From: Phoronis australis
Lineage: Eukaryota; Animalia; Phoronida
Direction of reading: 5' to 3'
Assembly: GCA_002633005.1 (NCBI GenBank)
Contig: NMRA01000929.1
Span: 1-64,000 of the forward strand
DNA: 64,000 nt
Below the pieces are notes generated by a model. The model saw nothing but the letters and a program-made list of their open reading frames with translations. It did no database searches and was not told where the DNA came from. Positions within the stretch are counted from its first letter, which is position 1, and each line of letters starts with the position of its first letter. Of this stretch, positions 50,330 through 64,000 are shown piece after piece. The translations under genes and the position numbers were made by a program.

Positions 50330-52398
50330 CCGTAAACGTTCGGGTTAACGCCCGGTCAGTTACCGCCCACCCCCTACTTTAGGTGGATTTTTGGGACGGC
50401 GGTTTGGCAACGTGAATTACAATACAAGTAACGAATTATTGTCTCGGGTCCTAGACTTACTTCAAAATATAATACTTGAACATCATTTTATTTTCTTCCC
50501 ATGTTTGCAAAGCTTAAGAACCCCCACCGGCGTCAATACTTCTGCTTTCAGCGACGCTGCCTGCCGCACTGAGTTTCCGTCTGTAGTGCACTAGATAAAA
50601 CCTATATATTCGAGTCTTGCCAACCCTCCAAATTCTCTTTAGGTGGGAAGCTCTCGTATTTTGAAGAATTAATTCCCATAACTCACGGAAAGATGTCAAA
50701 TTCTCCCTATTTTGATGAATGTTATGGCCACGTTATCGAGGATATGTGGTAACCAAAGGGACAGTAAGCTTCACTGGGTTACCGATTTGCTGCCTCTCGA
50801 TTTCTGAGTTAAAAGGTTGGCAATACGTTACTGTGTGTCATCTTGAAGTAATAAAAAACTTCTAGTCAAATTTAGTTTTTCGCTTAGTGCATCTCAGTCA
50901 AACTGGCGTTAGCAGATTTAACTATCACTGGCTGTTCTTTACTACAATTTCTTGCGTCAACCCCTGCCTGACTGTGTGAGTTATCGCTTCCCTATTCCCT
51001 ATTTAGCCATCCAGAATAATTTTGTTTCTACATTGGCCAGTTTGGAATCAGCCTGAACAAAATTCTTACCATTCGAGCCTGAAATATCTACGACTCAGAC
51101 TGACTGAAAATTGGTGATAGTTGGTAGGAGCTAGGAGCACGCAGCTAGCATCGAGCCGGAAAATATCGAAGTAGACTTGACATTGCAGTTTTGGGGGACA
51201 TTTGAATGGTGGAATATCGTAAAGCACTGGGTCTTTCCTAGGCAACAGCTTAAAAGTACAGTGTCACGCTGGTTTCTTTTCCTTATAGGAGTGTCGCTGT
51301 TCTCTTTTGATATGTGACTTTGGTAGTGGTGCACGCGCGTAAGTTCCCACACTGAGTGCATGTTACCTAGACACCAACACGTGATTGACAGGTTACTCAT
51401 ACGTAGGCCCTACGTGCATGCTGAATCCCGCTGCTATCTTTGGCCATTAAAAATGAGACGCCTATTGAAAGAAGCTGTTATATTACTTGACGGCCTTTCC
51501 AAGTCAAGATTGCCTGCCGGGACATTGCGCGCAAACAGCGGGACCGACCAGTGCCGCAGTGCGATAGTGTAGGTGATATTGTAATATGATATAATCTGGA
51601 CATGTAAAATTAAGGTTTTCCACCGCATGAATGAATTGAAACATTGCTGTTTTCGTGACGTTTTATCACATATTTATGCCATGGCTCGAAATTGATTGAC
51701 AACTGGCTCATGTCCGCTTACCTCCCCCCGATTCTTGTCTTACTTCTTTGCCGAGCATGTTTCGCAACGGGAAGTGAAAATTTTATTGAGTTGTGGAATG
51801 TCGACTATAAACATCCCAAACACAAAAAAGACCTTACAAACTTTATTACAACAAATTTTAAAAGTGTTCTCTGACTCGGAACTTGACAGCTAGCACGGGA
51901 CTGTAACCTTTATGTCAGCCGTGACCTCTGCAACACGTGAAGCTTGCATGTGCACACTTTTGCAGTGTCATCTTGCAATCCAAGAGGAGCGCTGCGTGGT
52001 CACTAGTCGTCTGCACACTACAGTTCTAACAAACTAACAAGACCGCAGGATGGCACGGGTGTAGTAACTCAGCAATTTTGTAAATTTAATTGCGAATGAC
52101 TAATCTGAGGGCAACCTTGTTGGGATCATCCGCTGTTATGAAGTTTTTACCGTCATTTGGTGACGTGAAAAGTGCTACGCGTTCTGAGTAAGTGTGTGGT
52201 GTGGGGACTTACATCACGAGGTAAGATTAACCACCCAGGGCGTTTGCTTGTCGTAATAAGCGCGCATGTTCGGTTAACCGCCCACCCTGGATTTCTTGAA
52301 ATTTCACGTTTAAGCACCCATGTCTGGTTAATCGCCCACCCCCGATTTTTTGGGTTTGCCACTTTAACCGCTCAGGGCGTTAACCCGAACATTTATGG
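50330..52398 (-). mobile_element. TA-target TIR transposon family T1, copy 2 (inverted relative to 11031-14492)
   Basis: TA|CCGTAAACGTTCGGGTTAACGCCC ... GGGCGTTAACCCGAACATTTATGG|TA. Internal blocks are reverse complementary to copy 1, and the ORF track shows the same pseudo-peptides (RASHLKRI, LRH.SVP.F.RNVPA). Confidence 0.88.
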
Positions 52399-54533
52399 TA
52401 ATTGAAACAAAATTTTACATTGTCCACAATTTCGACACAAGAACAATGAAAAGAGGCACACAATATATCCACACATTGTGCCTCTTGTCACATTCAATGT
52501 TGGCCATACAAATTCAATAAAATTTTAATGAGAGAAGTTGGAAGACTTTCTTTCAGCTATGTATAAGCTTTGCCTTTAAAAAAATAATTGCAGGCAGTCT
52601 ACATGTTGCACCAGACGTGCACATTCCTATGGATATTATGCCATGTGGCTTCTAATTGTTTCTACAACATTTCGAAATCCCTCACATTTTCTCAACTATA
52701 GTTTTTACAATTGGTTTTTCAACAAACCCATCTCCATGGAAACCATGTTTTATAGATTGATACTCTATCCGTATTTCCCCAGAGTCAATGGCTTATTGTT
52801 GCCTTGCCATTTTGTCTTTTATATTTTACTATATGTTACTTCTATATTCATTTATTATTGTCACCCGCATTTCCACACATTCAATGTCTGCCTTTGTCAT
52901 AATAATAGGACCTTAAATATCTCACCTCCACGTTAATTGTTAATTACTTCACTACCGTAATCGAGCATTGAGCGCACTTCGCAGCAAGTGCATATAGCTT
53001 TCAACTACCTAGTTTTACAAAACATTAATGAACAACGCTTTTGTCTACAGAAAAACAAACAACTCAATATTACTGTTAAAAAGCAAACGACTAGTCAGAC
53101 AGAATTAAGTTATTATTGATCTTTAATATGCATAAAAAGGTAATTTAAAATTGAATGCTCTAACATTAAAGTTAAATTAACTTTCTTTGTTGACCTTGTT
53201 GATTACAGTAGCAAATTGAACCCACAAATGTAAAACCAATTTGTAACTAAAGACTACCTTTGAATCTAGCAATTAGCAACCACTGCTCTTCTATAATGAT
53301 CTTCTTAATTATGAACAGATACAAAGTACATGACCAAACTCTGGTATAGCAACTGGCTCGCCTACACAAGTTTCACTAGATATTAATTGTCATTGCGCTA
53401 TTGGTTCTTAAGGTCATGTTGTACCACATCAACAAGTCCGCCAATGATTTACGTAAGTACAGATTTAAAATTGGTAAAAGTATACCTTTTCTGAAAGTTA
53501 AAAAACAAACCAGTAGAATTTGATTTTTGACATTTTAACAATCTGCCATTAACTGGGTCATGTGGCTGAGTCTCTGTAAAATTCCGTGTGATATAAATGT
53601 TCCTGATGAAATCTCAAAAAACTGTTACAGTTTTTAAATAATCATTTCATTTTCATTTTAAAGCCTTTGTACAATGGAACTTTGCACCTTTGAGGTTTTA
53701 GACCGTGTATAATAATTTTATAACATCAAATATATTACGGTACTAAACAAGCACTTATTTTGAGAAATAATAAAGAAACTTTGAATTTTAAAGAAAGGTT
53801 GGTGATTTTTTTTGGTTTTCCGCCATGTGATGTCATCAGTGGAAGGCATTGATCAGTTGACAATGCAATGGCAGATTAATATAGTGATTTTGTAAGTTAC
53901 GAAGGCTTAGAGAGTGAGCTTAAAGAGTATTATGAAGACAGGTATAAAGATTTGGGTACAGACAGTGAGTGAAGCCAAGTTGGAACCTCAACTCAGTCTG
54001 CAGACAGCCTGTTTTCAGAGTGGTAATTATAGCTGATTATTAATTTTCAATGCACATTAGTGTCAAATATTATGTGTCGCGAAATGTAACACGAAAAGAA
54101 TCCTACGTTCACACCGTAACCGGTCGTGATTGGGCAACTCGACTCAGTTTGCGCACCACTGAATCTGCCAGTTTAAATCAAAGACAATATGCTGTTGTGA
54201 TTAATTAATTTGCCTCGGGTTGCTGATATCATCATTCTCTTGATAATGAGGTCCATCATAGACACATTGGGGGCAACAACAGCATTTTTAAATTTTCGTT
54301 TTCAAAGTTTGTGAACAGCATAATTGAATAGTTTGTAAAAAGCACACGTGATTGGGTCTTTGAATTTTGAAAATTCGGCAAGAAATGGGACTTTTAAAAC
54401 ATAAAACGTCAGTCTCTCTCTTTAATCATTAATTCTGCTGGGTGTGGCAACATAACTGTGCCAATTACCAAACCAGCAGGTAGCAGTTGGATTTTGAGGT
54501 ACAGCATGTGTCATTGTACACTTCTTGGCATGC

Positions 54534-54690
54534 TATCTAACTGAGGTTAACCTGGCTGTCATTGATTTCATTTCTTCCAATGCTAAGTGCGTTTGTCAGG
54601 AACCACCATATCTAACCGAGGTTATCCTGGCTGTCATTGATTTCGTTTCTTCCAATGCCAAGTGCGTTTGTCAGGAACCACCATATCTAA
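54534..54690. repeat. 75-bp tandem duplication
   Basis: TATCTAACYGAGGTTAWCCTGGCTGTCATTGATTTCRTTTCTTCCAATGCYAAGTGCGTTTGTCAGGAACCACCA x2. Confidence 0.95.
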
Positions 54691-55921
54691 TTACAGTGAT
54701 GCTAACTGGGTGTTATTTCAGGTAAATGATACTCAATTCTGTCTTGTCTGTTCCAAAATTATGAAAGCGTTGTACCACGGACTGTAATTTGACAATTGTA
54801 CCGATACAGACAATTATATCAATACAGTGTCCGACTCCAGCCTTTGTGCCACCTGCAGTTGTGACATCTATTTGCCTGGCACCTACATCCCATTTCTACT
54901 ATTGGGCATTGACTTATACGTGGATACCATGCAATCCCATAAAATCTTGAACGTACTGCAATTACATTTATTATCTCAACCACAATTTCATGCCAAGGCT
55001 CATACTCAACACATGCCTAACAACTACGTCCACAGCAAAGGTAAAACACTACACTTTTTGTCCATCAAATGTACTTACAAAATGGTCAGAAACCTTAATC
55101 AATCTTCGTTTCTGCGAAGAATCAAAGCATCATTCCTCAAAATGGGCGTGGCCTTTGAACTGATGGCTTGCTTCACATACCCGTGTCCAACGCATGAACA
55201 TGTGCCATTTCTGGGCGATATTAGGGTCTTTTGGAAAAACTGAAATAATGTCCGTCCAATTGCTTGTTACTGCATTTTCTGTACATGCAAGTTTTTATAA
55301 TAGTCTGTCTTAAACTCAGTTTTCGAGACCACTCTGGCTCCCGGCTGCCCGTGTAGAACAACACAATGGTGTAAAACAACACAATGGTGGAGACCAGTTC
55401 CACTGGTGACGTCACAAAAATTATAATTGTTGTGTTTATTTGATTAAAAGTACACAGATTGAAGAAGAAATGTTTAAAATATCGTACTAAAATTGTTAGT
55501 AACCGAATTCAAGCACATAATTACAACCATGGTGTGAAGGTTTAAGCAACTTTAATTTTTTATTGAAGTATATTAACCCATTTATGCCCAATTAAGCGTT
55601 GTCATTGCCTATAGACAAATAATGAACAAAATGAATAAGAGAAAATGGAAAGAACTTTTTTCTACGTTTTTGACGTTTTTTGCTTTCGTTTCACAAAAGG
55701 GACGCTGGGTACATGTGAGTCTATAAACCACCAATAGAAATGCCTACTAAAACCAGTGAAAAATGAAAGATGTAGAATGATATTAATTGTTTTTGGATGC
55801 TAAGGTATTGTAGAAAGATAAACGGAAGACAAAAATTAACAAGAATGTTGTATCATCTTAATAGTAAAATCTTGCTGATTTCAAACAAAAGTGGTTACCG
55901 TTTTTTATTTTTATGGCTCTA

Positions 55922-56003
55922 AAATTGCTGTGAGTGACCACATTTTGTCAAATTGCTGTGAGTGACAACATTTTGTCAAATTGCTGTGAGTGACCACATT
56001 TTT
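55922..56003. repeat. 28-bp tandem repeat x3
   Basis: AAATTGCTGTGAGTGACMACATTTTGTC at 55922, 55950 and 55978. Confidence 0.95.
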
Positions 56004-59000
56004 TTCAAGTTAATGTGAAAGTGGAAAAGCACTGATTTGGCGCTATGCATCTTTTAAGAAAAAATCAAAACATTTTTGTCCATCATATAGTGTCCTAAAT
56101 TAGTGAGATACAACTGGGAAAATAAAATTTCACTTGTTCCTATATAATACCTCCCATATTGGTGGAAGTTCACCTTCTTAACGTAAACCGGTCTCACTGA
56201 CCTCGCAAATAGGCAAAAACAATAGGCTAGATGACGTTCTTAATTTGCAACCCTGACTTAATTGAATTAAAATGAAAATAGTATCATCAAGCAAATTAAC
56301 GTAATTCTACTGAGTCTTTCATTTTTACCTCATTTATTAAACTCAGGTCATGAATGGTTTTTTGAAAATTGAAATACCATCATGGTAATCACTTCTATAC
56401 ACTTTGAAGTGAATGAGGGCCTTAGTTCAGAGGACAGTAAACAAGACTTGCATGACCCTATGTACGTTGAAGCATGCCAATAGACTTTATTAGCATTTCA
56501 ACAAGTCACACCACAATTAAATGAGCTTTTGTTTCTAGTGCCATTCCCATGAATTTTCAGAAATCCCAAAAATATTTCATGAAAAAAATACATACGGAGT
56601 AGGATTAATTCAGTAAACGGTCGTGTCCCCAAAAGATTCACGAATAAAATATATCACTACTATTGGCAGACACTGACACTACGCAGTCACAGTCGGTGCA
56701 GTATTAAACAAGCAAAGTTTGGTGTAACTCATAATCCCAGCATGTTCATGTCTCAATGCAAAAATTTTTCCCAGTAAAAGTTTGCTTGCAAAATATGTGG
56801 TGTTATCATTACGTACTAGATTCTTAAAACCAAGAATTTTCAAATTTCATAATCACACTCGATTCAATTTGGCTAGCAAGCCTAATGCATTGGTAGGCAA
56901 TGTTGTGGTTAAGCAGGCCAAAACTTGCCACACAAATGGATCAGCAAGTGGTTAAGTCTAATCTCTCTGAAAGTCAACTGTTTTTATGCACTTGAAGTTT
57001 GTTTGGTACTAGTATTTCATAAAAACACATCTTCCTCATGACATTTGTTGAAAATCCTTTGCAAATAGTGTGATGGCCAGGAGTTGTCAACAGCATCTCT
57101 TGCAGTACTTTTGTTGCTCATCTTGCCAGAGATGATTATTTTTTACTTATTTTGTATTTTCAGTGTATTAATTGTAATTGCATTCGTCATAATAAATGAC
57201 CTTATGTTGCCAACCTCGGTCTCGTTTTCACCTCTGATAATGAAATTGTGAAGCACGTATCACTAAAGATTACTTGGGATATTATAAAGGCGATCACAGT
57301 GTTCTTTACATATCAGTTAGCATCAGGTGAGCTGTTTACGGTGCAATAGCTGATTACGTGATAATATCAGATGAACGAAGATAATGAAAGCACTGGACCA
57401 CGTGAACATTTGTTAGACAACTTTCTCCCCTGTAAAACTGACAAAGATACAGCAGCGCTGTAAACCAAGTTCTCGATCACCAAAATGGAGGAAAGTCAAA
57501 CCACAGGGCAGGGGCGTCACGCTTTCCAACAAGTATCATGTGGTATGGCAACAATATGGCATCCAATCATCAGGTAAACCTCAGTAAATCCCAACCTACC
57601 ATATCTGCTCTGAAGCCCTTATGCAGCTTTGGGTTATTATCGAAATGCCCAACTGCAGCACTAGAACCTTCACTCCCTTTTCTATTCCCAAGCAGTTCAA
57701 CCTCTTCTAACGTCTAGACCTGAAAAGCAGATCCTAACAACCCCCATATATAGCAAGTCCCCCCACCCCAGTGTGTGTACGACTGAATCGAGCCCAACAC
57801 TTTTGCACAAATGTGTGACGGTAACCCATGAGCTTGAAAACAAATTTCCAATAAAAGCTCACCCCAATTTGTGGAGCCCAAAGGTTAGTACCAGAGTTTA
57901 TATGGTAATGCAAAGTATATGAAGCAATAAAAAGGCAAGAGCCCTCGTTGTATATTTTGTGCCCAATATCTCAATCCCACTTAGCCAACTCTCGCATTCA
58001 GTATAATGATTGGCATCAGGTCAGAGTGACATGTACAAATCTTGGATGCAAAAGAGGGGCATTTATACTTGGAAGACATTAGTGTATGTATGCTACATTC
58101 TCATAATTTTGGGTGTGCAAAAATGAGGTGAGTGTGCGAAATAAGTGGAGAATTACTGTAACTGTGGTTTCAGGTAAGTTAACGAAAAACGTGCCAGAGG
58201 ACCAACAATTTTTAGTTGTTTACGTACTACCTGTATTACAGTAGTTTTTATTTTGAGCATATGGCATCAACACGCCATCCGTTATGGGGAAGAGAATCAC
58301 TTGAGAGACTGGTGTAAACAATATAGTTTACAGTTAGACCCTACTCACGCATGGTAATCAAATGAGATTCGACAAAAATAACATTTTGCACAACTGACTG
58401 TTATGTAAAGAGGGGCTGCAGTGGAAAGACTGGTGCTGGGTTGACTAACACTTTCTGGACGGTCATTCTCAGCAGCTAATGCTGATGGACTAGCAGATAT
58501 GTCGTAACAATTCACAAGCGAAAAATTTATATCGGTATAAACCAAGATTGCGAAATACCTTTACCATGATTACAGAGACATATAACCAACTTCGAATAAC
58601 AATAATTACGACAATAACCCTTTTAAATTTTTTTTTAATCTCTTACATTGTTGCTAGCGTCCAATTTGACTTGACAGACTTCACACCTACAGCACAAGCC
58701 AAAAGCATGCCGATGAAATAACTTATAATTCTCCGTCATAACGACTGGACGGAAGCCAAATTCATAGTAAGATTTCTGTAGTCTTCCCTTATGACCGAGA
58801 ATGAAGGGGGATAAACAAGAAATATAGTAAGGTGGCAAAGACATTCTGTAATTAAAATTTCGTCGCCCTATTAGTTTTTAATAGTCATTTTAGCTACTGA
58901 CTTAATAAGCCATCGAGATGGGAGTAATGGTATTTGGTCTGATTACTTTTGTCTAGTACTGTAGTATTTATACATGTGTCTGTAGACATTTACTTCCTCA

Positions 59001-59383
59001 GTGTTCTATACTCAACATCAATTCAGCGGCACTTACTTCATGCCACAATTTCCTTATTAGTAAAAGCAACTAAAATAAATTTAATTTTGACAATGCAGTA
59101 AGAACCTAAGCCGTAAAACGTACAAGTCAGCTCCTAATGTTGGATTAACTCAGTGCTTGCCTATGAATGCTAATGCCAGTTTGCAAGTGTTCAAAGAGGT
59201 GAACAATTCCTCCATGGAAACAATCTGATTAAGATGCCAGTGTAAGTGTACTATGCAATGATATTGTCTGGTAGCAACCATTGAAAATGGTAAAAGCATT
59301 ACTTTAAGGATATTTACAATTTTTAAAAAATTATGAAAAATTAATATAATATTAAACATTCATTTGCAAGACATATGTGTCCA

Positions 59384-59825
59384 AAACCGCATTTATACGA
59401 GATACAGATGTCACCCGGCGCAGCTAACACGAAACAGCTGCTCCGGTACAAGTGTGTGCGTAAACACGGGTGACACGGAGCAAGTGACACCGCGGCGGCC
59501 AGTTTTTGACACCAGTTTGATAGGTTGAGCTACTGACACTCGATCAGTTACACCAGTGTCAACTACACCTCTAAACACAACTGGGGCAGGGCGGAAATAG
59601 ATAATCTTTCGATCCGCTTGCGCAATAGCGTATATTCGGGTGATCAGCAGGCATTCCACATGGTTTAGACATTCGCTATTATTGATGTGAGCATGTGCAG
59701 ACAGTCTTCTTGTAAGTGTCTCACGCTGATTCCGTTTGCGATCTAATGTCATGTAAATGCAACTAAAGTGAAGTAAGTCGCACCGTGACAACTGACATTA
59801 TTGTCTCTCGTGTAAAAGCGGCTCT
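59384..59825. mobile_element. Degenerate Harbinger-like MITE
   Basis: Left AACCGCATTTATACGAGATACA versus reverse complement of right end AGCCGCTTTTACACGAGAGACA. GC-richer interior with repeated TGACAC. Confidence 0.5.
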
Positions 59826-62800
59826 ATATTGATGAGAGTTTGAAATGCGTACATAGTTTGCCTTATTCACAATATAGGATTATGAAGGACCTTCGAATAA
59901 TGTCCTAATCTGACTAGCTTCGGAACATCATATCTTAGATATTGCTGATCGAATTTTCCGGGGTCCTACATAACATCAGATTACTCGTGTTTTTGCTAAC
60001 AACGAAGGTGGGAGTGAAACTGCTAGCGTTGTTGCCAGTATGTGAATGGTCGCACAAATTGCAAGATATTGTAATTCTAATTCCACAATATTTACCAACA
60101 GTGTAGTGCATTAGTCATTCACCTTTCAGGCTTAATTTTCCTGGGTCAAGTATATATTTATACCTGTTACTACTGAAACTTGGACAATAGTAACTAACCA
60201 GTTTGATACCCATCATTCAGAGGATAAAATGGGTTCTCAAAATAAGTAAACACTGTACAAAGTGATTTTCCCACAAAAAAGATTTTCTGGTAATTTTTCT
60301 AAGATTGTTGTCATGCATTACTCCGTGTATGAACTCGCAATACGATTTGCAAAATGATGGTTTCTATGAACATTTCCACTAGTTTTCTATGATTTGTCAC
60401 CTTTTTTCATTTTCCATGACTTTTACATTCACAGGCACTATTTTTTTAGCTTTTCCTACTTTCTCCATAACAAATGGGAACAATGCAATAGTCGGGTCTG
60501 GCTTTCTTGAGATTTCGATGATACTCAGAAAACAGCTTTGCAGATAAATCATTGAACTTAACGCTTGAAATTTCCATAAGCCATTTTACCTTTTGGGAAA
60601 CCCTGAATAAATGATATGTCTCATCAAATATCTAAGCTTACTTGAAACATAACTGAAAACTAAAATACAGCAAAAACTTAGCAATTGACTGTGACTTAGT
60701 AAGAATCTTCCTGTGGCCGTGGTAGACTGAACTGTCCCTCACCATGTGGATTAACTAAATTCAGCCAAATATTTACAAAACTACTGAGTTTAACTAAAGT
60801 ATGTAAAGTACATATTTTTTTAAAGTAGCCGGTGAGAGTTAGACGTTCGACTTAATACCAATCTGCAATTGATTTGGTCACATAATGTCTCCTTAATTAA
60901 AATTAATAAAGGTCTATGTACATAAAAATACAGCGGTATTAATAAGTGAACCAAATTCCATTTTATACAAACGTAAAAAAAACAAAAATCCCCTAAAAAG
61001 TTTTCTAAGTTAGTCTTTTGTTTTCATTTTATGTGACTTTTTCATCTTTTTTTCACAAAAATCCTACAAATCCGAATTTTTGATAACCTCTCAAGCCAGA
61101 AATGAATACTTTGCAAGGAATTCTTTATAGCGTTGTTTGATGAGCAATGCATTAATTACAGTTTGTATCCTAATGGTCCATAGTAATTCATTCAGCCATC
61201 TCTGAGATGACATTCCAAAGTAGTCCTAAGTCCCGTCCACTCAGCCAACCATAGAACTAAATGCACTTAGTGCAACTTCCCCCACTTTTAAGTGGAGCGT
61301 CCACTCACACACAGGGTAAGGCGAAAGTTGTTGCTTTGTGCTCAACAATGAACACCTAATGCCATTACGGCGCACAAGAGAAAATGAGTCTGTATATAAC
61401 CCCAGCTGATAATTACTTCCGCCCTACCCGGCTTTTGCAGCCCCACAGCGATTACAAGTTACCACACCTTGATAATGTGGAGTGAGTTTCATTAATTTAA
61501 ACGGCATCCAAACAACACTCAAATCTAGCAACAATTCGTTCCACGAGTACAGTAATTTGTTCTTGGCCCAGTCTGTGTGTGGGTGGCACTTCCGGGGTCT
61601 CTCATAACTTTTAATGTCCGATCTCTTGTTTATTTAAGTATTTAACTAAAAATGTCTAAATTGTTGTTCCACTGTACACCTACAAAACAGAATTCCAAAA
61701 GTCAAGTATTAAAGTCAATTTTTGATTTTTTTCTTTTTTGAAATTTTTGTACCATAAAATTGCAAAAGTTATCATTTTGATCGGAACTGGAAACCCTTTT
61801 CCCTACAGCACACCAGAATGGTAACTGACTATAAGGAAAACAGGGCACATACCATCAATATTGCTCACCATTGCACAAAGCCCATTTGTCAATAGGAGCA
61901 GTAAACCAGGTGGCTGTATTGGTTTTGTCTCTATGATACACACAAACTTTAAGAAATGTGTTAAGGTACCAGTAGCCAGGTGGCGAGACTGTCTCATCCA
62001 CAAGTCAGCTCACCTAGAACTGCCAAAAAACATGTCGTGGAAATCGGCAGGATTTCATGAGTCAGCTCAAAAATAGTTTTGCAGTGACAATTTACGAGAA
62101 ATGGAAGCAGAAGAAATGAAACTCAGTTATCAAAAGCAGAAATGGTCGTGTGGCATAGCCAAATATAATAACAACGTTATGATTTTTTCACATGAGGTTT
62201 ACATCAGTGCTTATTTTTATTTGAATTTATGATTATACTTTTTATCAAAAAGTGAAATTATGACTGAAAATTTTGTATTTGTCAAATCTCAAAAACAAAA
62301 TGTTGTATACATCCGAAGCAATGTCAACATCCAGCTCATCTCTAAGTTTCCAAATATTCACTTATAAATGCCTGTTCTTGGCCCACACCCCAATTTATAA
62401 GGCGAGACTTGCCTAAATATGCCTGTGTCTTTGTGAAATGCTGTATTGTGTGAATGAGATCTAGCAGCAACTTGCCTTATTTAGGCAAAAAATGCCCAAC
62501 TTTCCCACTTTTTGACTCTTGCACGGAAGGGCCCGACAAAAATGTAACTCATTGCCGGGATGTTTACCTGAATCAACCATTTGGGTGAACAATGACCCCA
62601 TTATAGTCAAGCATCCCAATTTAGTGCCTTGGACATTAATTTCAACTAGTACAGTACAAAAAAAAATAGTTAAAACTGCCTGTAGGCTTGTTGTTCTTTA
62701 TTGACGATTTGAACTAGACCATGCGAAGCTTTAAAATAGTGACAACTTTTTTCAAGCAGCATTAAAAATAGCCTTTCAGAAAATCAAACAAAAAAAACAG

Positions 62801-64000
62801 AAAGAAACAAATGACTCCGAACATTTTTTTACCTTTTTCTCTAGTTAGAACTCAAGTTTATGACATAATCTATCATGAATTTCAAAAAAGAAAATTGAAA
62901 ACAATCAGCTTTTCTACAGGAACCTTTTGTCAGGATTTAACTACTTTCAGATTAAGGCCACTTCCGCATACAAAATCGGATTCGTGTTGCTTCCTTGCTC
63001 AGTTTAGAAATGATTTCAAGACTTGAGAAGGACTGACAGGCCATTATTGTTTCAAACCAAGCACGTGGAGTTAGTTATGGTGGGTTGGTGCTGTGGAAGC
63101 CATAAAGTATTCAGTGTAATTACACCATGTTTCAAACCAAGCAATGGATAACAACACAAGGATGTTGCTTTGGAAGGCCTGCTATGCCTGGAAAGAAAGC
63201 CCTTTCATGATAGTGACTTATTAAGACTTAACACAGAGAAATTTGGTTTTAGTCTCCCACTTGACAATTGCTGAAAAGGGTTTAGCAAAGGAAATAAGCC
63301 ACATGGTAGCCTAGTAGAAATAATTCATAGATGTTATCTTAGCAACTAGCAGTTATGAGTATATTCTCAGAGACTTTAAACTTTTGCTCAAGTGCGATTT
63401 AATTATTTTTTAGATATAGTTGAATGGAGCAAGACCAAATTTCTGACTGAAGTCTTAGTGATTTTTCATGAGACCAACACCAGAGATGGGTTGCATAAAC
63501 CTTTAATTAGAACTCATACCGCGGATAAGTTTGATTATAGTATGACGTCTAATGCATTTTTCAAGTCAATATCGCAACGCGACACGCCGTGATGATGATA
63601 GGTTACTGTTATTATTGAGAGTATCACTTTCATGCAATAAAGTGGCCATGGAGATGGTTTATAACAACTTAAAATTAACGTGTCTACAAAGAGCGAGAGG
63701 ATTCCAATCACTTCAGTAATTGTATTTAGCAAAGTAAGGCCATTGAACCCCAGTTTCAGTATTATTCCTATCAGATTCAGTCATTTCATAATCACAACTG
63801 TTACGTTTTCGATGTGGGATCAACATAATAGAAACAGGCAGAGTGAACAAGTACAGTGAATATTTGAAATTTCCCCATGAACTAGGTGAGTAATGAAATG
63901 AAATTATGAGGAGCACGAGTGACAAACGCATTTTCTGTGCACTTGAAATCATGTATACAAATTGCGAAATAGATCGATCTTTATATTCTGACATTTGATG

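Noticed and set aside
54720-54900. Minus-strand peptide IDVTTAGGTKAGVG, vaguely like a retroelement protease
   Set aside because: No DTG/DSG motif, LTRs or other pol domains seen; unsupported.
55573-56360. piggyBac-like TTAACCC start with a possible degenerate right end
   Set aside because: The right TIR and TTAA are too degenerate to support a call.
57600-57719. Minus-strand segment bounded by cttttcag and gtaggt
   Set aside because: Stop codons in all three frames.
63535-63994. Two overlapping minus-strand ORFs at the window end
   Set aside because: No recognisable motif or splice structure; lengths are compatible with chance.

Overview
AT-rich eukaryotic (animal, probably marine invertebrate) genomic DNA; nearly all entries in the ORF track are spurious. 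The whole window lies inside a minus-strand DDX1 (DEAD-box helicase 1) gene. Four coding exons (29633-29779, 6679-6770, 5143-5215, <1-46) splice in frame with GT-AG ends into [14 protein letters not shown]...IFCRTK...[10 protein letters not shown]...[15 protein letters not shown]...VINVTMPDEKQNYVHR. The introns (5.1, 1.5, 22.9 and apparently >34 kb) are packed with non-autonomous transposons. These include Helentron-type (HINE/DINE-1-like) elements carrying tandem arrays of CTCF-consensus motifs, a second HINE family with a YY1/NRF1/ETS motif cassette, and TTAA-target Kolobok deletion derivatives that keep a THAP N-terminus and a convergent KolX-like N-terminus. Also present are TA-target TIR elements, hAT-like elements with 8-bp and 5-bp TSDs, Harbinger-like MITEs, CR1/L2-type LINE fragments, tRNA-like SINE heads and minisatellites. 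One ~1.9-kb host element appears expanded to ~15.3 kb by nested insertions up to four levels deep. I found no intact novel gene system; the points of interest are TE architecture and possible regulatory cargo.
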